From the IMG/VR virus record IMGVR_UViG_3300042298_002142, positions 1 to 47,372 of that record: DNA of 47,372 nt, one strand, 5' to 3'. Origin of the DNA: a virus (lineage: Duplodnaviria; Caudoviricetes). The position numbers and the translations under genes were made by a program. Shown piece after piece: positions 36,970-44,412 of this stretch. The stretch's first letter is position 1. Every line of letters starts with the position of its first letter. Under the pieces are notes generated by a model. It saw only the letters and a list, made by a program, of their open reading frames with translations, was not told the origin of the DNA and made no database searches.

Positions 36970-37703
36970 ACTTTCAAGTCGTGTTCAGTTTGGTCGAGGA
37001 TGCTGGAATAGTCCAGTCCGGTGATGGCGCTGGCCTCGTCAAAGTGGGCCTTCTGCTGCTCCAGGGTGAGCGGGCGCAGATCAACGCCGGGGTTGGGGTA
37101 GGGCAGTTCTTGGGAGAACGTGATCAACCGGCGCGACTGTTTCTTGACGAAGAGGGTCAGCCCGTTGTCGGAGTGGAGGTCGAGTTGCTGCCAATCTGTA
37201 AGCCCTCCCAACCTGTCGGTCAGTCCGTCCACCAACATGCGGGGACCAACGCAGTTCTCCACGTCATCGAAGGCTATAAAGGAAGCGCCTCGGTTGATCG
37301 CCGTCTTCATCTCGAACAGCGCGGCCTCGTGGCTGTGCCAAGCGTCGATGTAGATAAAATCCACACGCTCCGGCCAGATGCTCAAGTTCTTGGTGTCACC
37401 GTCATGGAACTCCACCCAATCGCGGACACCGAGATGAGTCAGGTTCTCCTCGGCGTGTTGCTTCGGCGTCTTACCTTCAAGGATGTGTACGTGCTCCAAT
37501 AACGACCAGTTGTCGAGGCAGTGGACGCGGCCTAGGTTGTTCTCTTGGCAGGCTTTCGCCATCCATGCGGCAGACAAGGCCCGGTAAGTGCCACAATCGA
37601 CGATATGCTGCGGCTTCAGACAGCGGGTGAATCCGTGCAGCAGGCGCGGGCTGTCGTAATTCCAAGAGGCGTAAACCTTGTTGATTTCTTCGTAAAAACT
37701 CAT
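36966..37703 (-). CDS. Class I SAM-dependent methyltransferase (Methyltransf_24-like)
   Basis: IVDCGTYRALSA, HCLDNW, DFIYIDAWHS, IAFDD. Confidence 0.8.
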   Translation of the reverse strand: MSFYEEINKVYASWNYDSPRLLHGFTRCLKPQHIVDCGTYRALSAAWMAKACQENNLGRVHCLDNWSLLEHVHILEGKTPKQHAEENLTHLGVRDWVEFHDGDTKNLSIWPERVDFIYIDAWHSHEAALFEMKTAINRGASFIAFDDVENCVGPRMLVDGLTDRLGGLTDWQQLDLHSDNGLTLFVKKQSRRLITFSQELPYPNPGVDLRPLTLEQQKAHFDEASAITGLDYSSILDQTEHDLKV

Positions 37704-38479
37704 GCTTTTGGTTGGTGTGAAATCCACATGTCTTTGGTGCATCCCGGCATCAACGCCTCGTAGGTGGCGATGTCCTCGGTGTTCTGTTCAGGCTCCATGG
37801 CTCGATAGTGGTGCGAGTAGTGGTCGATGTAGAGCGACCCGTCAGTCACCCGGATAAACTTTGGCTCGGCCCATGTTGGCGTCCATATCAGGCGCTCGTG
37901 CATCTTCACCTCCGGGTCGTAGCACAGGAAGGGGGTGTTCTTCAATAGCCTGAGTTGCCAGTCGTGCTCCGCGTGCCAGTTCTGGCAGGGGCGGTCCCAC
38001 TCACCGGGAGCACCGAACCAGTGACGGCGGGACACGCAGATGGCGAGAGCTTGCTCTGCCTCGGCATGCCCGATTAAATGCCGCAGCTTCTCACGCTGGT
38101 TGACGTTGCCGCCAGCACCCGTTTGGTTGGAGACGTGCAGATCGGGGGTGAGTGTCTCGGGGAACTTGCCGGTGCCAGTGACGCCGAGGATGGGGGCAAG
38201 CGGCCACACCCGTTCATCCGCGTCCAAGATCATCACCCATTCGCAGGACGAATACCCGATGCAGCGGGTTCGTAATGCTCCGAAGCCCTGGCTCAGGGTA
38301 TCGTGGATGAGCTTGTGACCGGACGCCTCTGCAATGGCAATCGTCTCAGGGTCAGCCGGGGTGCCGTCCATGGGAGAGGATACGAGCACGATCTCGTCGA
38401 ACATTCGCTCGGCGGTTTCGATAAAGCCGGGCAGAGCATGGCGCTCGTTGTGGAAATGACAGACTGCGGAGATTCTCAT
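37700..38479 (-). CDS. Glycosyltransferase family 2
   Basis: ISAVCHFHNE, FGALRT, WVMILDADER, QLRL..HE. Confidence 0.85.
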   Translation of the reverse strand: MRISAVCHFHNERHALPGFIETAERMFDEIVLVSSPMDGTPADPETIAIAEASGHKLIHDTLSQGFGALRTRCIGYSSCEWVMILDADERVWPLAPILGVTGTGKFPETLTPDLHVSNQTGAGGNVNQREKLRHLIGHAEAEQALAICVSRRHWFGAPGEWDRPCQNWHAEHDWQLRLLKNTPFLCYDPEVKMHERLIWTPTWAEPKFIRVTDGSLYIDHYSHHYRAMEPEQNTEDIATYEALMPGCTKDMWISHQPKA

Positions 38480-39111
38480 ACTCGCGTAAATTGGATAAAC
38501 CCGCAGGACTTCGGCACCTCAGAGGAGGCAGGTTTGAGTCCGGGGTAGTGCCATGAACCAGTGATGCACCCTTCGTCTAAGGAGACACTCTCCCTGAACA
38601 AATCCATCCACATGTCCAGCGGCCATGCGTTGCAGTGTGACGGGTCGGAGTTGTCCTCGTCGCGGAGGTAGGGACCGTCGGGATGGTGAGTCAGCGGGAC
38701 GATGGCGAGTAGGTGCTTCCGGGTGGAGGCGAGCAGTTGTTTGAGCAGAGGACGAAGTTGATCGAGCAGGATGTGCTCTGCCACATCCTTCAGGATGATG
38801 TGATCAAACCGTTCATCGGGCATCACGTTGGACACATAACCCTTCACCCCTTCGTCGCAGTTCTGGATGGCCCACTCGCTGCTGTCGTATCCGAAAGCGT
38901 TCACCCCGCGCATGCGTAACGCCTTGACGAGGTAGCCTCGGGCGCACCCAAAATCGAGAACCGTGTCGCCGTCCTTAATGTGCAGGACGCGCTTGAGCCA
39001 GTCCGCCATGGGGAGCGTGAGATCGGGCTTCCAACTGTAATCGACGTAGTTTGATTTGCCGGATGTCGGGCCGGTCAGGTAGTACTCGGCGTCGTAAAAT
39101 TCAGATTCCAT
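38476..39111 (-). CDS. Class I SAM-dependent methyltransferase
   Basis: VLDFGCARGYLV, GYDSSEWAI, DVAEHI. Confidence 0.85.
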   Translation of the reverse strand: MESEFYDAEYYLTGPTSGKSNYVDYSWKPDLTLPMADWLKRVLHIKDGDTVLDFGCARGYLVKALRMRGVNAFGYDSSEWAIQNCDEGVKGYVSNVMPDERFDHIILKDVAEHILLDQLRPLLKQLLASTRKHLLAIVPLTHHPDGPYLRDEDNSDPSHCNAWPLDMWMDLFRESVSLDEGCITGSWHYPGLKPASSEVPKSCGFIQFTRV

Positions 39112-39146
39112 GGGTGCGGCGTTCTTCGTGTTTGATAGGGTGAATG

Positions 39147-41111
39147 TCAATGGAAACTTTGATCAGCCCAGCCCTGATTGGCGCTGAGTGAGGCGGTGAT
39201 CAGGTCCGAGTATTTGCCCCGTCCCTTCGTGTCGGTCACGGCTGCCACCAGATGAGCGTGACGGACGGACATGGGGTTCTTGGGCGCGTTCGACGGCAAC
39301 GCGGTTCGGCGGGCAGCCTTGACCAGCGAAGTCAGCCCATGACGGCGACGGGCGATCTCGATGCAGCCGAAGAAGGCGTCGGCGCGGTCGGGGCTTCTGC
39401 CGTTGGTCCGCTGCTTCATCACCTTCTTGGACTCCACCTCAACTTTCTCCCGGTCCACGAGCTTGTACATTCTCGCACACATCTGGATGCACGTCTCTGG
39501 GTCGAGGCCACGAATCTGTCCGGCCTTGATGAAGTCTTTGCCGACGTACCACAGCTCGGACACCCGGTTGGCGAACCTGTCCTTGCCGGTGCGCGAGTTG
39601 GTGGTGCCCACGGTCTTGTCTGACGGCGCTCCCGCGAAGCTCACCATCTGGAAGCCCCGGCCCATCTTGATCGCCATGAGCGAGGCGAACGGATCACCGG
39701 CCCCTGTGGAGTCGGAGCCTCGGTCTTCCACTTTGACGCCGCGCTTGGCGCACTCGGCATCGTAGAGATTCACCAACTGCTGATTGCGGTCCACCGTCTT
39801 GTTACTGGCATCGACCAAGGCCATGAGGTTGATCGTCTCAACCAGTTCAATACCTTTGACGGTGCGCTGGTGGATGGCTGAGTAGTAGTCGCCCACCCGA
39901 CAAAAACAGGCGTCCGCTTCGTCTCCACCATGGCTGAAGGCCGGGTCGAGGAAAGCAATTGGGGTGGGCGGGGTGAGCCATGTGCTGACTCTGTGCTGGC
40001 TGCCGCTGCTGGTGATCTCGACTTCCGTGTAGATGGCATTGGCGTCTCCATCGGGGGAGAGGAAGCCGCGCACCATGCGGTAGTACTCCGGCGACTTCGG
40101 GCCAAGGTCTCGACGCAGATCCGTGACGGTGCGCAGGCTGAGAATGCCCTTCCACACCTCCCGACCGGCGAGCACGTTGGGAGACTTCTCCCCGTCAAAT
40201 CGAATGCAGTAGCCACGTTTGGTCTTCCACCCGTCGAAGGTTTCGTCGATGGAGTTCCACCCTTCCTCCGGCTCCATGAACACGCCGAGCGGGTCAAACG
40301 GCGAAGTGGGGTTGCCAATGCCGATGAACTGCAAGTACTCATTGGACTGCAAGTTGGTGATGGCGGTGTTGTAAAGACTGTGGGTGAGCAACGGCAGTTC
40401 GTCCGCGATGAAGATCACACAACGGTTCTTGAAACCGATCTTGGTCGAGGCGTCCTTGTCCTGTCCCTTGCCGCCAGCAACGAGAGTGATGCCTGCGAGC
40501 TGGTTCTGCTTGCCATCAGAATTGACGCGCACGATCTTGCCGAGGGAGGACACCAGCTTGGCCTGCATGTACTGCTCGCCGCCGAAGAACCGGCAAATCT
40601 CCGCCCAGTAGCCCTCGACGACGCCCCAGATACGACCGCGAGACTCGTCCAACGATGTCGAGGTAATGAACACCTTCACATACTCAGGAGATGCCACAGG
40701 GCAGTCGGGAAAACGTGCGCCGATGAGGAAGCGCCCAATGGCGTAGAGGGCGAAAAATTCAGACTTGGAGCAACTGGCGTGCCCCGCGACGGCGAGGAAG
40801 TTGTTGGAGTAGGCTTCTTCCAACATCCGCATGGCGTACGGGTTCCACTCGAAGCGGTAGCGGGGGTTGGTCTCGGGACGATCCAGCATCAACGAGATGA
40901 ACCTGCGGAAGTGCCACGTCCACGGGTTGAGCTGGCTGCCCGGCAGATTAACGAAATGCTCGTAGTTGCCCAAGATAAACTTTTCGAGATCCACCTCCTG
41001 CAACAGCTCATACCCGGCGCTCGTCTTGGGCACGCCGGGGAGACGTTTCCACCACCGCCCATAGCGAGCGATGTGGGTGCGTTCCATCTGCTGGGGAGAG
41101 GGTTGGGGCAT
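39147..41111 (-). CDS. terL: Terminase large subunit
   Basis: Walker A-like AVAGHASCSKS, Walker B VIFIADE, IGIGNP coupling motif, nuclease FLDPAF..GGD and RSPDRADA; TGATG overlap at 41111. Confidence 0.8.
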   Translation of the reverse strand: MPQPSPQQMERTHIARYGRWWKRLPGVPKTSAGYELLQEVDLEKFILGNYEHFVNLPGSQLNPWTWHFRRFISLMLDRPETNPRYRFEWNPYAMRMLEEAYSNNFLAVAGHASCSKSEFFALYAIGRFLIGARFPDCPVASPEYVKVFITSTSLDESRGRIWGVVEGYWAEICRFFGGEQYMQAKLVSSLGKIVRVNSDGKQNQLAGITLVAGGKGQDKDASTKIGFKNRCVIFIADELPLLTHSLYNTAITNLQSNEYLQFIGIGNPTSPFDPLGVFMEPEEGWNSIDETFDGWKTKRGYCIRFDGEKSPNVLAGREVWKGILSLRTVTDLRRDLGPKSPEYYRMVRGFLSPDGDANAIYTEVEITSSGSQHRVSTWLTPPTPIAFLDPAFSHGGDEADACFCRVGDYYSAIHQRTVKGIELVETINLMALVDASNKTVDRNQQLVNLYDAECAKRGVKVEDRGSDSTGAGDPFASLMAIKMGRGFQMVSFAGAPSDKTVGTTNSRTGKDRFANRVSELWYVGKDFIKAGQIRGLDPETCIQMCARMYKLVDREKVEVESKKVMKQRTNGRSPDRADAFFGCIEIARRRHGLTSLVKAARRTALPSNAPKNPMSVRHAHLVAAVTDTKGRGKYSDLITASLSANQGWADQSFH

Positions 41112-41656
41112 CAGTCTGTTCGTGGTTTCTTCAGTTGGCCTGCGCATTCGGCATACCCGATGATGTCAACCAGGGTGTCTCGCTTCGTACTCGTCTTGGC
41201 TCGGCTGACTTTCAACAGAATCATCATCTGCGCCACGTCCCACGGGGAGATGTGCGACCCTGTGTAGGCGCTCCACAGTTTCGCGATGCGAGCGAAAGAG
41301 TCGTTCACGTCGCCGTAGTCGGCTGCACGGTCTCCAGCCACAATGGCTGCGGCCTCTTCGGCGAGGGATTGAGGGGCTTTGGGGTCTGTGTCGGGGGATA
41401 CTACACGGTAAGGCCCGCGCAGGTGCAGGGTTTCGTCGTCGGTTTCGACGTTCGGCACGGCGTACCAAGAGTTGAACTGCTCTGCATGTAGGTGTGCCCC
41501 AATCAGCAGACTGGGTCGCCACTCGTGGGGGCACCCTTCGAGATCGTTTTTCGCATCCCAGACCAACGTGTCCTGTGGCACTGGGTCTGGCACGTCTTTC
41601 CCGAGCATCACTGTGTAACCTTCCGGCGCTTTTGGTCTTTGGTCGTCGTCTTTCAT
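41111..41656 (-). CDS. DUF6378-family protein
   Basis: EAAAIVAGDRAADYG..SFARIAKLWSAY..DVAQMMILLKVSR..DTLVDIIGYA. Confidence 0.75.
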   Translation of the reverse strand: MKDDDQRPKAPEGYTVMLGKDVPDPVPQDTLVWDAKNDLEGCPHEWRPSLLIGAHLHAEQFNSWYAVPNVETDDETLHLRGPYRVVSPDTDPKAPQSLAEEAAAIVAGDRAADYGDVNDSFARIAKLWSAYTGSHISPWDVAQMMILLKVSRAKTSTKRDTLVDIIGYAECAGQLKKPRTD

Positions 41657-41677
41657 GGTGTTTGTATGGTTAAATGT

Positions 41678-43120
41678 TCATCCCCAAAAATCTTCTTCGT
41701 TGAAATCCGGTTCTTCGGCTGGCTTGACGCTCAAACCGACATCGCGGGAGCTTTCTAGCATCATGAGCGCGGACAAAAGCCTGTCCTCAGTGTCGCGTTT
41801 GTCCTCCAACACGGTAGCGATAGCGTCGTCCACGGTGCCGGGGCACATCAGGCGGTACACGTCCACGTTACACACCTGACCGGGACGTGCCAGACGAGCG
41901 AGCATCTGGGTGTATCGGCGGTGGGAATAGATGAGAGACATCCAGACCATGGTGCTGCCACCCCACTGCATGTTCAGCCCGTGGCTGGCGGAGAAGGGGG
42001 ACACAACCAAGATGGGTATCTCTTTGCGGTTCCACTCAGCCAGCATCTTCGTTTGCGCTGCAAGGGTGGTGGCGTCGGCAAAGAACGTGGCGTTGGGGAA
42101 CGCTTCTCGCAACCGGGCCTGCTCGTGCTTGAAGATCGCGGCCACCAGAACCGGCCCTTTGGTCTTCTTGATGATCTTCCTGAGAGCGTCAATCTTGAGA
42201 TCGTGGATGCAGTGGTAGGTGCCGTTTTCGTCGTACACTGCGCCGCTGGTGTATTGCAGTAGCTTGGTCACAAGGGCTGCCGCGCTGGGGGCTGTGATCG
42301 TTACCGAGCTTTTCAGTTCCAACACCAACTCCCGTTCAAACTCCTGATACTTGGAAAGTTGATCCGGTGTCATGTGGACATCCACATCCTGCACCACCGC
42401 GTCCGGCATGTCAGGCATCCACTCAGAAGCTCGCAACGTGATGGTGATGTCACAGATGCGTTTCTCAATCAGTTCCTTCGCCCCGTCGTTGGCGTCCCAC
42501 TTGTATCCCATGTAATCGGCTTTGTGGAAGTAGGTGGACTTGAAGTGCTGGAAGCTGCGGCCCAGTCGTTCTCCACCATCTAGCAGACGGAACTGTGCGA
42601 ACAAGTCCACCAGCTTGTCCATAGGAGTACCAGTCATTCCGATGCGTCGTCTCACTTGGGGGGCTTCTCGGCGTAGCAGGGCTATGCGCTTCGAGTCAGG
42701 GGATTTCGCGGAATCAACTTCATCGTACACCACGGTATCGTAGGGCACGGTGCCTCCTCGCTTCTCGATCAACTTCACCAACAGGGGGATGCTGTCGAAG
42801 TTGATTAAATATATGTCTGCCCTACCGGCGATGAAGGCTTGACGACCAAGAGGTGTGCGCAGGTTGGCAACTTTGAAATTCTTGAAATCCGACCACTGTG
42901 AAATTTCAAGAGGCCAGACCAAATTCGCCACACGGAGAGGCGCTATCACCAACATTCCAATGGTGTCGAGCGACGAGTGCCACTCTTTGAAAGCACTAAG
43001 CACCGCCGCCGTCTTCCCGAGACCCATAGAAATGCTGCCATAAACCACGTCATGCGACAGCATGTGGTCGATGAAAGCCTTCTGCGCTGGGCGTGGGGAG
43101 AACTTGCTCACGCCCTCCAC
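41678..43120 (-). CDS. SNF2-family helicase
   Basis: MGLGKT, VIAPLRVA, VVYDE, MTGTP, HGLNMQ, ARLARPGQ; ends EEDFWG; start may be GTG 43111. Confidence 0.9.
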   Translation of the reverse strand: MEGVSKFSPRPAQKAFIDHMLSHDVVYGSISMGLGKTAAVLSAFKEWHSSLDTIGMLVIAPLRVANLVWPLEISQWSDFKNFKVANLRTPLGRQAFIAGRADIYLINFDSIPLLVKLIEKRGGTVPYDTVVYDEVDSAKSPDSKRIALLRREAPQVRRRIGMTGTPMDKLVDLFAQFRLLDGGERLGRSFQHFKSTYFHKADYMGYKWDANDGAKELIEKRICDITITLRASEWMPDMPDAVVQDVDVHMTPDQLSKYQEFERELVLELKSSVTITAPSAAALVTKLLQYTSGAVYDENGTYHCIHDLKIDALRKIIKKTKGPVLVAAIFKHEQARLREAFPNATFFADATTLAAQTKMLAEWNRKEIPILVVSPFSASHGLNMQWGGSTMVWMSLIYSHRRYTQMLARLARPGQVCNVDVYRLMCPGTVDDAIATVLEDKRDTEDRLLSALMMLESSRDVGLSVKPAEEPDFNEEDFWG

Positions 43121-43425
43121 CCCTCCACCGTGCGATACTCAATAGGACGACCGGCAAGCTGCGCTGCACGAACACCAAACTCCATGCCGCGACTGATGCC
43201 GCAGTCGGTGTACACGACGGTCTTGTCCGCTTTCCACGCCAGTCCTGCCGCGATGCCCATGGCACGGTCGGTCGGGTCTTCGTCGTCAAGGACTTGGGTG
43301 TAGAGCAGGTGGCTCACCATCGGCGCTTCGCCGCGCAACAGCGAGTCGCGCATGGCGGCACGGGCGTAGCGGATATTGCGTTGCAGGTTGCCTGCGTAGG
43401 GCGATTCGAGGATTACGGTGGTCAT
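43108..43425 (-). CDS. Conserved phage protein (nucleoside deoxyribosyltransferase-like fold)
   Basis: VILESPYAG..NIRYAR..GEAPMVSHLLY..GISRGMEFG. Confidence 0.65.
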   Translation of the reverse strand: MTTVILESPYAGNLQRNIRYARAAMRDSLLRGEAPMVSHLLYTQVLDDEDPTDRAMGIAAGLAWKADKTVVYTDCGISRGMEFGVRAAQLAGRPIEYRTVEGWRA

Positions 43426-43426
43426 G

Positions 43427-43873
43427 TCAGAAAGGGTCTCCTTCATTATCTGCTGCGTGCTGTCGTGCGCCGATCTTCGCATCAACGAACCGTTGCCGAC
43501 GTTCCGCGTGCTCTTTCTCCACGTTCTCCGTGCATGTGAGCACCTGGATGTTGTCCTCCTCGTAGCCACGGGTGCTGTCCTTGCGGTCGATGTGCAGACA
43601 GAATCGCTCCTTACCCTTCTCGTCCATGTAGCAGGTCGGCAGGATGGCGGCTTTGAACTGATCGAAGGTCAAGGTGAAGGCGATCTTGCGCTTGCGAGCG
43701 GATGCCCGGAGGTTGTCGAAGGCACAGTGAACGGGGTTGTTCAAACGCCATTGCTGCTTGGCGTGGGAACCGCAGAGCTGCGTGGAGGTAGGATGGTCGG
43801 ACAGGTTGCGCGGCACACCTTTGCACCGGCTGACGGGGCAGCGACCAGGGATTTTGATTTTGCGCAGTTTCAT
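43427..43873 (-). CDS. HNH-like endonuclease
   Basis: RKRKIAFTLTFDQF..LHIDRKDSTRGYEEDNIQVLTCTEN. Confidence 0.7.
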   Translation of the reverse strand: MKLRKIKIPGRCPVSRCKGVPRNLSDHPTSTQLCGSHAKQQWRLNNPVHCAFDNLRASARKRKIAFTLTFDQFKAAILPTCYMDEKGKERFCLHIDRKDSTRGYEEDNIQVLTCTENVEKEHAERRQRFVDAKIGARQHAADNEGDPF

Positions 43874-44178
43874 CCCCAGAACCCCCTAGGGCTTATCAAG
43901 CCATCCACGAAGTCTTTGCCGTCCGACACGTTGTCGCACCAGCCTGTGTTGGCACCCACCTTCGCCAGCAGTTCCATTTCTGCTTCCTGTGCCTTGGTCG
44001 GCTTGCACCCACCGCGCTTGATCTCCAAAAAGCCGACCACCCCGCCCGGCGCAATGATCAGACGGTCAGGCACCGAACGGTTGTTGGGTGAGACGAACTT
44101 GCGGACGTAGCAGCCTTTCAACTTGGCGTAGTCGCAGATTTTTTTCTCGATCTCCTTTTCGAGGGGTGGGGGTTTCAT
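43870..44178 (-). CDS. VRR-NUC domain nuclease
   Basis: EKEIEKKI..KFVSP..VPDRLII..FLEIKR..PTKAQ; ends GFWG. Confidence 0.85.
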   Translation of the reverse strand: MKPPPLEKEIEKKICDYAKLKGCYVRKFVSPNNRSVPDRLIIAPGGVVGFLEIKRGGCKPTKAQEAEMELLAKVGANTGWCDNVSDGKDFVDGLISPRGFWG

Positions 44179-44264
44179 AAGTCGTGGTCTCCATAAATTA
44201 CCCAATGGATGGTCAGAAGAACCAATCCAGAGAAGACGAGGATGAAAGGAAGGTGCTCACTCAT
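44175..44264 (-). CDS. Very small membrane protein (MSEHLPFILVFSGLVLLTIHWVIYGDHDL)
   Basis: ATGA overlaps at both ends; single TM helix. Confidence 0.45.
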   Translation of the reverse strand: MSEHLPFILVFSGLVLLTIHWVIYGDHDL

Positions 44265-44407
44265 TTCCTTCTCCTCTTTTTGATTTTGTTGGCGTGATAT
44301 TGCATCCGGCATGGCGGGCACATTAGAAAGTCGGCTTCGTCTGTGTGCAACTTGAATGTTCTGCCGCACCGACAAATGCGACCTCGGGTGTGTGGTGTTT
44401 CGGACAT
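44261..44407 (-). CDS. 48-aa Zn-ribbon protein (absent from ORF track)
   Basis: MSETPHTRGRICRCGRTF..MCPPCR..KKRRRK; starts just after the polymerase stop. Confidence 0.55.
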   Translation of the reverse strand: MSETPHTRGRICRCGRTFKLHTDEADFLMCPPCRMQYHANKIKKRRRK

Positions 44408-44412
44408 GGTGG

